The translations under genes were made by a program, and so were the position numbers. A stretch of DNA of 60,610 nt, the filler included, from Sphacelaria rigidula (lineage: Eukaryota): the NCBI GenBank assembly GCA_964200075.2. It is 7 parts of 7 records of this genome, joined end to end, with 100 filler letters (N's around TTAATTAATTAA, not from the genome) between each part and the next. Parts side by side here need not be neighbours in the genome. Positions count along the whole stretch, not along the records: positions 1 to 8,574 come from CAXNAA020010735.1; positions 8,675 to 17,248 come from CAXNAA020010736.1; 5 more parts are not named here. One strand, written 5' to 3'. A model generated the notes under the pieces. It saw nothing but the letters and a program-made list of their open reading frames with translations. It was not told the origin of the DNA and did no database searches. Shown one piece after another: positions 1-11,305 of the stretch (its first letter is position 1; the number at the start of each line of letters is the position of its first letter).

Positions 1-71
1 CATCATACTAAAACCAAGTAATTTACAGACGAATCATTATTTGTCCGATCCTTGATATTTTTCCACAACAG

Positions 72-167
72 GGAACGATCAACAAGGGAGACACGTTGGT
101 CAACCTCAACAGTGGAAAGAAGATCAAAGTGCCTCGCCTTGTGCGAATGCACGCGGCCGAAATGCAG
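72..167 (+). CDS. GFM1: Mitochondrial elongation factor G1, first visible exon (gene 5' part lies outside the contig)
   Basis: acag| ... |gtgc borders; translates GTINKGDTLVNLNSGKKIKVPRLVRMHAAEMQ, EF-G domain II (VPRLVRMH motif). Confidence 0.93.
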
Positions 168-686
168 GTGCAACACGTCGTTGAGTATGCCGAGTACCAT
201 GGGTCAAAATGCGTTGGGCCTGTGAGCGTTGCAACCGCAACATACCATGCGTTTTGATTTCTGCGTGGTGTTTGCTTTCTTGGCTGGAGCACTGCCCTTC
301 TGCAATGCCCATGCCCTCTTCATATGGCCTAACTGTAGTAAAAGCCACTTCCCAGATTTTAGCGCGGAAGTGTACCAGCGGTGACATCCTGTGTGCATTC
401 GTTGGTGACCTCTTGTCTCAATTCTTGTTGCACTCGTTGGTGATACGGCTGTTTGAAGAACGCATTGCATGCTGCGTCAGCCAATGTCCACGACGCTGTG
501 CTGCGAGAACTTAGTGGGTTATAAGTTTTTGTTCTGCGCACTCCTGTGATGACCCGAGGTGGGCACGATTTGCGAAAGGAACAAGGCACCGTTGGTTTTG
601 AGCGGATGGAACCTTCATGAGCTGCCTAGTAGTATTCACGCGCTTGTTTTCTTCACCCCCGTCTTCATTCTACACCTCACGTGAAG

Positions 687-769
687 GACGTCGACAGTGT
701 AGCAGCAGGAGATGTGGTGGCGATGTTCGGAGTCGACTGCTCTTCAATGGACACCTTTACAGACGGAAG
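687..769 (+). CDS. GFM1: mtEF-G1 exon 2
   Basis: aag|gac ... ag|gtgc; DVDSVAAGDVVAMFGVDCSSMDTFTDG; phase-compatible with neighbours. Confidence 0.92.
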
Positions 770-1476
770 GTGCGCGTATCACAATTTCCCGAAACAGGCA
801 TGGATGAGTATCGAACTCTCTGACTGTTCCAACGAAGAGGGGTTATAGGAGCGGTCTGTGGACAAGTGTACGCTTTGATGTTCGTCCACTGAGCAAGAGG
901 CTGTCTGGACATTGCGCTGTGCGTGTAGACCAATCGCAGGGTCGGTTGTACGGGAATCAAGCATGAGCATAGATTCAATATCAAGATGTTCTGTCCGGTT
1001 GGTGTATTGAACGGTGCACGCTCCGAACAGCGAGGGTATGACCTCTTCGAGTATCCATGACCCATGACGATGGACTGGGTTTGGATCAAGCTGATTCATA
1101 AAATAGGCTCTGGTACCCCTTGATGTTGTCACGAAAAAGCATGGTTCGTTGCTTTCCAGTACATCGAAAATATCGTTTCGGTGATTCTGTCGCATCAAGT
1201 CGCTTTCTGCTGTCTCTCGAAAGCGTATATGCACAGTCTGCACCGTCAATGTTGCGATGGTGCAGCCCTTGTCACTACTTGCTACTATGTTCGGCCTGCC
1301 TTCACGACTTCGTGCTGTTGTTGTTATGCCATCGACCATTCGGTGACTGCGTGCCATTTTGCGACACACCCGATCGCCGATGCTGTACACGTCTTGTATC
1401 CTGTCGTCTCGTGAGGCAGTCACGACTTATTTAACGCCCGAATCTATCTGTCTTTCCGCGTATAACTTGGTTACAG

Positions 1477-1585
1477 CACGCAATTGGCGATGTCATCGAT
1501 GTTTGTTCCAGACCCCGTCATGTCCTTAGCGGTGGCGCCAAGCAAGAGCAAAAAGGGTGGCGCCGACACAGAGGGTTTCGGCAAG
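1477..1585 (+). CDS. GFM1: mtEF-G1 exon 3
   Basis: tacag| ... |gtacg; STQLAMSSMFVPDPVMSLAVAPSKSKKGGADTEGFGK. Confidence 0.93.
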
Positions 1586-1738
1586 GTACGTGATGATGAC
1601 ATGTTTAACATTTGTCGTCGACTCTGTCGCTCAAGACTCCTGCGTTTGCGCACCCCAATATGCGCACAACTGTGCGCCATATGACATCAGCACCACGCTT
1701 CTTGCCGTTCTCGGAATATGTACCACAATATCCTGCAG

Positions 1739-1860
1739 GCTTTGGCGCGCTTTACGAAGGAGGACCCCACCCTGCGAATACACACAGATGACGAGAGCCA
1801 GCAGACCATCGTTAGCGGCATGGGCGAGCTCCACCTCGATGTGTATATTGAGCGACTAAG
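1739..1860 (+). CDS. GFM1: mtEF-G1 exon 4 (domain III)
   Basis: tgcag| ... |gtaagg; [40 protein letters not shown], containing the GMGELHL motif. Confidence 0.95.
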
Positions 1861-2382
1861 GTAAGGAGTCGAGAGTACCCCGCCCCCCCCCCAGCTGTTG
1901 AGCGCGCTTGTCCTTGTCCACTAGAAGCCGCCAGTGAGGCCAGTACGACATTGCCCGTAAACGACTCGCCCACGATAGCCAGCGCCCGCCGGTACTCTTG
2001 AGTTGCATCATATGTACTACGCTGCCAACATGCGTGATGGACAGGGCTTGATGAAATATATTTATCCCATGCATGTCATTTCAACCGCTATTAAAGGATG
2101 AGTGTCGTTTGAATGTTGACTGTCACTCATGATCATATTCAACTATTTCTTTTAGAGCGTAAAACAGATCTACGGTATATATATATATATAATATATATG
2201 TGTGTGCGTGTCTCACTCGACCCTAGAAGCATGGGCTTGATTATTTTTTTGCGCCCTGTTTTTCTCACCTTCTTAGCCGTGACTATATGCGCCAGCTGTA
2301 GCACCCGCCCTATAGTATCCACAATGCCGACTGTGCGTACTCATTGGAAAAATTCCGACCTGCGTGGTCCTTTGTTCCTCAG

Positions 2383-2639
2383 GCGTGAGTACGGTGTCGA
2401 GTGCACTGTTGGCCAACCGCAAGTGAACTACCGGGAAACGATCACGAAAAAGATCCAGTTTGACTACTTGCACAAGAAGCAAACGGGAGGATCAGGACAG
2501 TACGCGCGCATCATGGGCTACATTGAGCCCTTGCCGACGGACACCCGCGGCAAGAACAACGAGCTCTTGCACTTCAAGTTCGAAAATCGAATCTTGGGCA
2601 ACGCCATCCCTCCAGAGTTCATCCCATCCGTGGAAAAAG
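2383..2639 (+). CDS. GFM1: mtEF-G1 exon 5 (domain IV), followed by a GC donor
   Basis: ctcag|; REYGVECTVGQPQVNYRETI...YLHKKQTGGSGQYARI...IPPEFIPSVEK; ends aaag|gcaagc in phase 1, matching the next exon. Confidence 0.92.
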
Positions 2640-3820
2640 GCAAGCTTACAGATCCTTGCACGGGGTGCCCTACACCTCCGCTCATAACATTGTCAAAAGT
2701 TTGATCGAGCACATCCTCGGGGATTTTTTTTTCCGTCAGCTGATCCTCATGTCACGCAGTGCACGAGTCGGGTGAGTACGGTTAGCTAAATAGCAGCTGC
2801 AAAACACCAGTTTTTTTCATCCAGAGTTGAAACTCACAGGCGCTGGCGGTTTTGATAGCGGGTACACTGTTGCCCATCGGTGCTCGTGCGTGAGTGTAGA
2901 TCAACGATACCCTTCAGAGATGTGCATGCACCGATTAGCGACGCATATGACATCGAGAACCTTTCACCCCCTTTTCTTCTGTTGTACGTCGAGTGGGCGG
3001 ATGTATCACCACGATTTTTTTTCTTGAAGTATGAACGTCGCTTCAACAAATGGTCCACCATGGCGCAAACGGGAGAGTAGAAGGGAATTCCACGACATGA
3101 TTTTTCCTGAGGTGGCCCCTGGGGGCTGAAAGGCCATCATAGCGATAAATTCGAGAGCTGTCGAGCGCCGAGAGGCCAAGGCATCTGACAGCGCATTACT
3201 ATTTTTGGGGGAAAATTCGAACTTGCTGAACTTTTCCCTGCAAATGGTGCAATTTAGGGTTAAACGTGATTCTTTCAACCGAAAAACGTACATCTAAATG
3301 TATTGCACTCGTTGTTGCCACCAGGTGTCCCCCTGTTCCCATCGCATGTACCCGTACTCCGTCGCCACGCATGTCTTGTACCATGCTTCTGGGAGTAACA
3401 TATGACTTGATGCGTGTTAGCTAACGTGGAGCAATCAGGCGAGACTTGTTGACTGAACCCACTTCGGTAAGTTCAGATCACAACCCCTTCATACGGGTGG
3501 AAGCTCGACACGTTGTCTCATGCAAGGTATATACCTTGTGGTTAGTTGACCCCAGATCCATGAGCCTTATGATGAAAGTACACAGCTATATCGTCAAAAT
3601 TTCCCGACTCGTCTTCCGAATGACCAGCAAGTCCAGGTGCTGAGTATGACCCATCGTTTTTTGTTTGAACGAAGCATTGGGCGCGCTGCACTTGAAAATC
3701 TATTTTCCTTCAAATGGAAGATTGTTTGGGGTGAAGAGAGCATTTTTTTAGTTCCATGCACCATGGTGCTCTGTGATCGTTGCTGATCATCTCGTGTGTC
3801 ACGTTTGCTACATCGAACAG

Positions 3821-4014
3821 GAGCCGCAGAAGCAATGGAGAAAGGAGTTTTGATCGGACATCCCGTGCAGGGAATCAAGGTTGTGCTGGAGGATGGACAG
3901 ACCCACACCGTGGATTCCAGTGACATGGCTTTCCGCTTCGCGGCAATGAGTGCCGTGAAGGAGTCCATACTGAAGGCAGGGGCGCAGGTGCTGGAACCCA
4001 TCATGTCTCTAGAG
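3821..4014 (+). CDS. GFM1: mtEF-G1 exon 6
   Basis: aacag| ... |gtgag; GAAEAMEKGVLIGHPVQGIKVVLEDGQTHTVDSSDMAFRFAA...VLEPIMSLE. Confidence 0.95.
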
Positions 4015-4447
4015 GTGAGAGCACACGCGCCATCTTACTCCATGACCACCAATTGCTAAGGCTGCCACAGAAATGGTGTATTATATACTTCAAAATTGAC
4101 CACGATTCAGGAGTGCGAAAACGTGAACTTGAGGTAATATCTACATTGTGTGGCAACTGTGCGTGATGTTACGCGTGGTGGCTGCTTTCCCGATGAGTGT
4201 GCGGATATGCTCTGACGCTGACCAGCAAATCCTTCATCCGTGTGAACTTTGGCTGCAATGAGACTCGATTGAGAGTACCGAGATGGATGTTCCTACTATC
4301 TACACTCGTTGTCTCTTTTCGCTTTGGTGAACCACATTACTACCACAAGTGCACGCACCTGGATGCTGATCAATCATCACTCAAAGGGTACAGTTGAACA
4401 TTCATACGCATATCTAGAAAAGCTTTCACTCCAGGCTCGTTTTCGAG

Positions 4448-4535
4448 GGGAGGAGGGGGGCTACTCGTTTGTTGCTTGCCCTAGTCGTTAAACCATTCAC
4501 CACGCACCCCTTTCGAGACGGAGTTTTGGAGGGGG
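4448..4535 (+). repeat. Left terminus of abundant G-tract-ended inverted-repeat (MITE-like) family
   Basis: ggggggctactcgtttgttgcttgccctagtcgttaaaccattcaccacgcaccc; homologous to 43392 and 52137, and to the reverse complement of 51755-51825. Confidence 0.7.
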
Positions 4536-4672
4536 AGCCGGGGCGTCGCCTAACGTGAAAATACGTCAATTTGATGACATTGGGCTAATTGCCGAGGAGA
4601 TTCCATCCGACATCCCAGGGCGGTGCAATCGCGGAAGCTCTCCATGACCGGTGCTGATTTCACAAAATTGTT

Positions 4673-6167
4673 CACGTCGGACAGATCAGCTCCCTGTAGC
4701 TCGAGCTAGATTGGCTACTGAGCTATGAGAGCTGCATGAGCTACGCGTGTTTGCCCCAGGTGAGGTACGAACCCGTAGCTCATCAGAGCATACCGTAAGT
4801 TGCTCTGCGATCGCACAGGGCGTGAATTTCGCACAGGGGTCGGGAGAATGCACCCCTGTGCGATCAAAAACACGGTTTGAAATGATTTAATTGGTTTTTC
4901 GCACAGGGGGCGTTGTTTTCGCGCAGGGGTGTGATCTTAAGGATGAAATGCGTCTCAGCCACCTTCCGGGCGTGAGGACGCGTGCCGCGCGGATGGGTCT
5001 TTGGAGCAGACAGCCCGAGTTGCCACGATTTTTGGCTTTATTCCACTGGTCGTCATGGGGTTTGTCTAGACTACGCACAGCGGTGTGGCAGTGCAGACAC
5101 AAAATACATGCGGAGTGGTTTTCTTTTTCAATTTATATTACTCCAGTTCTCGTCGTGCACCTTGGATGAAACCACCAAAGCCGAAACCTTTCACCAAACG
5201 CCAACACCGACGGGAAGAACGAAGCCCTCGTCGGGTTTTGAAAAGCTTTTCCCGTAATTCGCCGCCTCGTCGGGTTTTTAAAATCCCACCGCATTTTTCT
5301 TGGCTCGTGCGGTGTGCTTGATGCTGTCGTGCTGTGGCTGTGTGCCCGTGTGTACTTGTTATGTTTCAGGCATCTCCAGACCTTATTCCTACGGCATTGC
5401 TGTTGCAGATTGTCCCTTTACACCGGCGAAGATTTAATGAGTATCGCACATAGCGGGGTTATCGCCAGGGTGTGCGTTCAAAGACCATGGTGTCACGAAA
5501 TTTATTTAGTTAGTATCGCACATGTCGTTGAGATGGCACAGGGGTGTGCGATGGAAAAACAGTACCAAATGATTTGATTCGATATTCGCACAGGGGGCGC
5601 GGTGTTCGCACAGGGGCGTGAGAACGCACCCCTGTGCGGGAAAAAAACAAGTTCGAAAACATTTAAAAATCGATCGCACCCCTGTGCGATCACAGAGCAA
5701 CTTATGGTATTCGCCCTGGGTGAGCCATGAGAGCCACGTTAGCTACGCGTGTTTGCCCTGAATGAGCTTCCAACCGATATCTCATCAGCTCAAATTCGCC
5801 CTGGGTGAGCTACAAAAGCTACATGGGCTATGAGAGCTACATAAGCGACGCGTATTTGCCCTGAGCGAGCTACGAACCCGTAAATCATCGGCGCATATTC
5901 ACCCTGAGTGAGCTATGATAGCTACGTGAGCTACGCGTGTTTGCGCAGGGTGAGCTACGAATCCGTAGATCATCGGCGCATATTCGCCCTGAGTGAGCCA
6001 TGACATCTACGTGAGCTACGAGTGTTGCGCTGGGTGCGGTACGAACCCGTAGCTCAGCAGCGCATATTCGCCCTGGGTGAGCTATTGGCGTAGCTCGTAT
6101 GTACATGTTTGATTACAAGTGAGCTATAGCCCGCAGATGAGCTAGCTCACGAGCTGTCCGGCATGTG
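4673..6167. repeat. GAGCTA-rich degenerate tandem-repeat element (about 80-bp unit) in GFM1 intron 6, interrupted by a MITE
   Basis: Repeated ttcgccctgggtgagcta...gagctacgcgtgtttgccc...acgaacccgtagctcatc units at about 4720-4790 and 5710-6100; weak inverted ends cacgtcggacag / ctgtccggcatgtg. Confidence 0.75.
4793..5707. mobile_element. Non-autonomous Tc1/mariner-type DNA transposon (MITE) with about 28-bp TIRs and TA target-site duplication
   Basis: Left TA|CCGTAAGTTGCTCTGCGATCGCACAGGG; right CCCTGTGCGATCACAGAGCAACTTATGG|TA (2 mismatches); many subterminal TCGCACAGGGG motifs; removing it restores the host repeat ...gcaTAttcgccctggg. Confidence 0.88.
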
Positions 6168-6197
6168 CAATTTTTCCACAACACGTTTTCCTGTCAG

Positions 6198-6329
6198 GTG
6201 GTTGCACCAAACGAGTTCCAGGGGTCAGTTATCAGCGGTATCAACAAGCGCACGGGAATGATTCAAGACACCAAAATGACTGACGATGGAGCCGGTTGTA
6301 CTGTTCAAGCGACTGTCCCATTGGCCCAG
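6198..6329 (+). CDS. GFM1: mtEF-G1 exon 7 (domain V)
   Basis: gtcag| ... |gtaaaa; VVAPNEFQGSVISGINKRTGMIQDTKMTDDGAGCTVQATVPLAQ. Confidence 0.95.
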
Positions 6330-6891
6330 GTAAAATCACCATCTATAAAACGTTGCCTTGACGCCACATGCAACGAAAGGCCAGGGGTAACGGGAGGCCA
6401 TATGCTCGGAAAGCGTCTCGACATTCGGTCAATCGCAGATCTCAAGTTGTGCACAAACGGCGGTAGCATTTGCACTTCCGATAACCTTGGTTGAAGGAAA
6501 TTTCGTGCATGATGTCCTACTAGATGGCGACGATCGTCACGCCCTATATCCATCATACCTAATTGTTCAATGGCGCTCGTTATTTGCCTTCTTTACTTCG
6601 TAACTTCGGGTGGTGCAACACACTCAACGTCGCAATAATTTGCTCCAGAAATTCCTCTTGCCATCGCCATGTCTGTTATTTCGCAACATTCGCCAATCGA
6701 TTTGTTTTGACTGATTGACAGTCTCGCATCAACTGATTCGCCAGGAATATATCACGAATGTATCAACAGTTGCGGTCGCAAGACAGACGTAGCGAAGGTG
6801 AAACTCGAGTGGGAAGGCGGAAAAGTGAAGAGAGCACAAACATTATTCTGAGAAGAAGAGAAAAGACGGAGGAAGACACTTTCTACAGTAG

Positions 6892-6927
<36 letters not shown>

Positions 6928-7014
6928 ACACACCCACCCTCTTCCAGCCAAACCCANNNNNNNNNNATTTTTGTGCGAAGATGGGAAAAGACGGGGGGAA
7001 CACCCTTCTCCGCG

Positions 7015-7048
<34 letters not shown>

Positions 7049-7459
7049 AAGTGAGTGCATGGTTTTGAGAAGCAAAATCTTCACGTAAATCGAAATGGGA
7101 AAAACCGAGCACAACGAGCAGCTGGGTCCGTTCTAGTCAATGTCGCCCATGCGGGGCGCTTCATGCCAGCCTGAACCCAAACATTAGGCGCTGTCTGGCC
7201 ATTTTTTTTGTGACATTTTTGGGCTGGTTTTTTGGGGGGGCTATCGTAGAAAGTGTCGAAAGAAAGGGAAAAAAGAGACGGAATCAAATGACACGAAGAA
7301 TGCCAGACTGAGATCTGGTCCCGAGAAAATATTTTGTACAGCACACGTTAGTACCTCGCTTCCTAGGATGTTCGTCCACGACATCAAAATAGTCCTCCTG
7401 GTGACGTTGACTACAGAACATAATCCCGTGCGTGACTGTTGTTGCGTTTATTTGTGCAG

Positions 7460-7609
7460 ATGTTTGGCTACTCCACGGACCTGCGCTCGAACACGCAAGG
7501 AAAGGGTGAATTCACCATGGAGTACAAAGAACATTGCGCATGCTCGAGGGATGTCCAACAAAAACTTGTGTCGGAGCATCGGGCAAAGCTCGAGAGTGGA
7601 GGCGCATAG
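7460..7609 (+). CDS. GFM1: mtEF-G1 terminal exon
   Basis: tgcag|; MFGYSTDLRSNTQGKGEFTMEYKEH...GGA then TAG stop; GKGEFTMEY is typical of mitochondrial EF-G1. Confidence 0.95.
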   Translation: MFGYSTDLRSNTQGKGEFTMEYKEHCACSRDVQQKLVSEHRAKLESGGA

Positions 7610-8466
7610 ATTGTTGTTCGTGCAAGGGTTCCAAGTGACGCGGGGCCATATATGTTGTTTTTAGGGAAACGAAGCTAAGTGGCCGTTTTCGTTACGTGAA
7701 TCGAGGAGGTGTTGCGTGTAAAAATGGAAAGGTCAAACGTGTTTTTCTTTGCCGTAGTTTTTGTGTCGGTTATACTTGTGGAGTGAACTGATGAGAGAAC
7801 TGGCAAAGCGTTCGATTCCGTCGCTGGGGCTATAATAGGTTGTGAGTGCGGCATACCCATCACAGCCCGGCTGGCAAGGAAATGCCAGCAGAGCGTGCAG
7901 TTTCCCCACCTCCCGCCCATTCGATTTTTTCGCACAAGGGGGATTGTGCCTCTTTACCGCGCCGATGCATCTACAGTAACATCAGTGTCTCTAGGTATAA
8001 CGTGTGCGAGCAGATCCTACATCGATGCTCATGTGTAATGTGCTTGAGCCCTTGGCGCCTCCGTTGGCTGTACATACCTACCGCCTGTTGACTTGTAGCT
8101 GCACACACATCACCCATCATTCAGTGCTTTTCAGAATGCGCCTACAGGAGGCACCCGCTATCAAGAAACGTGAAATTGAGCTGAGGGCCAGTGTCTTTTC
8201 TTTGATACTCTGCTCCCCACTAGATGATATCTTATTTGCCTACCTTTTTGTCTGGTGAAATTTTTCCCCCAGCTGCGATTTACTTTCATTTTGCACTGGC
8301 GAGCAGCGTCTGGTGAAGGGTAGCCGAGGTCTTCGGTGAGTGTGCATGATATACTGCTGCTACCGAGTGAAGGCCGCGTACGTACGGCCTATGACTACGA
8401 GATTCTGGGCGTGTGCGCACGCTTTGGTGATATTCTGCACATATGAAAATTCGAAACTACTGTGAA

Positions 8467-8574
8467 GCCGGTCGCCCCGGTGGCTCAGTTGGTAACCTTG
8501 TAACCTTCTGATGGTTGAGTTGTGGAGTTCGATTCCCGGAGCGATCTGGGATTTTTTCTTATAACATGCTCAAC
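8467..8574 (+). mobile_element. tRNA-derived SINE head (truncated by contig end)
   Basis: Pol III A-box TGGCTCAGTTGG and B-box GAGTTCGATTCC; near-identical head at 20449; no complete tRNA cloverleaf. Confidence 0.75.
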
Positions 8575-8674
8575 NNNNNNNNNNNNNNNNNNNNNNNNNN
8601 NNNNNNNNNNNNNNNNNNTTAATTAATTAANNNNNNNNNNNNNNNNNNNNNNNNNNNNNNNNNNNNNNNNNNNN
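8575..8674. other. Artificial contig linker
   Basis: N44-TTAATTAATTAA-N44, which gives stops in all six frames. Confidence 0.98.
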
Positions 8675-9189
8675 CCCCCACCTCCTCCCCCCTTTCTCTG
8701 AAGCCTTTTTTTAGTCGCGCCCCGGACTCAACGTGCCGTTCAAACACGCCCATCTTCAACGTCAAGCTTTTTTCACGGAAGAAATTGAATTGCGGCCCAC
8801 AATCAGCAAACGAATCAACCGTCTTCAACTGTTAATACTATCATACAGATGGGCTGGATCGCAGTAAGTTTTGTCGAAGACTAAATCGCCGTTTACATGA
8901 GCGACACGCAAGACATGACGATGATTGCTCAATCGCCACAGAGTCCTAGGTTCGAATCCTGGCTCGACCATCGCAATGAAGATAATAATTCGCATGAATT
9001 AAGCGGGCGAAAAGAACAATCGCGAAACAAGTGTGGGACGCCAAGCACAATTGACGACTTCGTGGGCGAAATTTGTGCGGAAACCGTCGGCCTGGGCGCC
9101 CAGGACATCCGATATATGGGTCAGAAAAGTGCACAATATCCTGACCGCCAGCAGGCGACAAATGATACTTCTTTGAACCTCCCTTCGTC

Positions 9190-10190
9190 GCAAAAAAGCA
9201 CGAAGTGGCTTTTAAAACGGGGAGCGATGTGGCTACCCTCCAGAAGCGACTGTCTATCGCAATCTTGTCAACGTTTCACGTTACAGGACATCTTGCCCTA
9301 TTTATGTGGGACGCTGCCACGCCCTGGTGCTCCAACTCGTACATGTTGTGCCGGTTGGGGCGGAAATTTGAGGACTCGAATCGCAACAGATACGGTTTTT
9401 CCGACAGGAGCTGGGTTTTGGCGCCTGTACGTGACCAGCGAAAGTGTTTGAATAAGAGTAGAACCACGATGAAAATGTAGCCGCCAACTGCGGGAGCGTA
9501 AAGACAGTCACACCTACATACTTTTTCAAGCGAACAACACCTCATTGTCTCCATAAGGCGGGATTATGGCGCTACATGTTTTCCAAGTAAAAACACAAGA
9601 TCTGGGTGATAATACTGCGAGAAGTGATCCACGATATTGCACATGGTCTCCAACTCCTTGCCGTCTTTGGACGGGTCAGGGTTGGACCACTCCAGCACAG
9701 GAGCCCTACACCCCACCACCCACATACACACCGACACGAGCAACTCCCAGCAATCCACTGTGTTGTGGCATAGCCATATCCCTCACACATCCCCGTACCG
9801 CCGCCAGGCTTGGGTAAGTTGCTGATGGGTGATGAGGGGTACGACAGCCGACGAAGCTGGGTGGCAGTCGACGGGTGTCTTTCGTCTCAAGTGCAAGTGC
9901 ACTCCACCTCGGGCGCTGGACAGTAGGTCTTGGTTGTTCTCGAAACCAGCCAGCTGGGTCAAAACCCACCACAAGTATCTGTTACACGAACGCGGTGCTG
10001 CCACTCCCTCTACTACCGCAACTGTCTCCAAATGCGTTGCTCCCGTTCGGATGGAGCAGCAGCCGGGATTGGAGGTGATGGCTACCGCTCACGCAACGTA
10101 TGCTTTGCTGGAGACAGTCGGCTTGACCGGTCTGTTGGAATGGCCACTTATGTCGATTTTCCAGACTCCTGGACCACCATAGCCTGGGTA
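9190..10190 (-). pseudogene. Decayed ORF of unknown origin (TE- or virus-derived possible)
   Basis: ORFs 9783-10031, 9564-9758 and 9276-9554 share one minus frame of about 330 codons, with only 4 stops counted; no motif recognised. Confidence 0.35.
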
Positions 10191-10884
10191 TCAGGAATGG
10201 TCTTGCGCTCCTTTGACTCTCGAGTTTTATGCTGGGCGTGCTGCCCTGCCGGTTTCTCTGGGCGGCCGCCTCTGATTCAACTATCTCACGTTGTGCTTAA
10301 ATATATATCGTACCTCGTGTATCTCCATTTTAGGTGCGAGGGCTTTTGTGTTGATGACTCTTGCTCTCGGCCTGGAGGTGATGGCGTTGCCTCGTGTTGC
10401 TGGACCCCTACCCTATCACACAGACAACTCAAGTTGCAGCTATGTCTGCGCATTGTATGTTTTTCGCGAAGTAACGGATTTTCCATGTTTCATCTGTGTT
10501 ACACACCAGGGGCATTTGAGCCCTAAGCGCAGATGAGTAACGTTTCCCAAAACGTGAGTCTCGATAGGTTGCCAACGTAATGACTGCCGCAACACCCAAG
10601 GAATGTACCAGGGATAAGCACAGGTACGCCAGAACGGAGAAAACAGTCCAAGATCGAACTTACTCCTAGGTTGGACCATGCACTACCCGAACTTTGAACT
10701 GGAAGAACCATTGTAGGTGCCCCGCTCGGAACCCCGTTTCTGGTGGCTGCAAAATACATCATTGTGGGGGTATTCACGTACCCTTGAGGGCAGTTTACGC
10801 GGTGTGGGAATGCTGATTGAATCCACGATACGATAAAACATACGATCCTAAGACCGGTTTTTACCCGGACGGATTTCTTGGCTG

Positions 10885-11305
10885 GGTTTTCAGTTTTGCA
10901 CTTTACGATCCAGTTTGTGGCCCCCAAAGAGGAAATACCGCCATGACATATCTTGGGCACTATGCATCACCTCCCTGAGAGGAGTCTAGCTCACTCTTTC
11001 GCTTCGATTGGCTCTGAGGTTTCGAGAGTGGCTTCCCAACAAAATTTCCGCTGCACACGAAAACATGTTAACAAGATGTGGACGCATCAAAACCATCACA
11101 ACAGAACGTTGGAGGCACCATAGTTTCCAAGTGCAGCTGGAGTCTTGTCGAGAGACCATTCGCGATAACTCGGAGCCAAGCGAATGGGAAACGTGTGCTG
11201 GAGATCTTCTCCATGGGGTGATGCAAAGTGTCCAAGGCATGCGGTGGCGTTATTCCCTACTTAAAGGGCCAAAAACAGGACTATGCATCACAAAACTGAA
11301 AAATC
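10885..11305. mobile_element. Foldback (long imperfect palindrome) element, copy 1
   Basis: Arms such as tcttgggcactatgcatcacc / ggtgatgcaaagtgtccaagg and ggctctgaggtttcgag / cgcgataactcggagcc; homologous to 13150-13570 and 19270-19745. Confidence 0.7.

Noticed and set aside
779..1423. 214-aa minus-strand ORF
   Set aside because: Lies antisense within a GFM1 intron, has no recognisable motif and no coding-like composition.
4720..6100. CRISPR-like repeat array
   Set aside because: Units are contiguous and degenerate with no unique spacers, there are no cas genes, and the context is a eukaryotic intron.
6752..7114. Poly-Pro and poly-Gly ORFs
   Set aside because: Translation of intronic poly-C tracts flanking an N gap; probably low-quality assembly.
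8619..8630. TTAATTAATTAA recurring every 8.67 kb as a biological periodic motif
   Set aside because: Always embedded in fixed N runs; it is a synthetic six-frame-stop linker.
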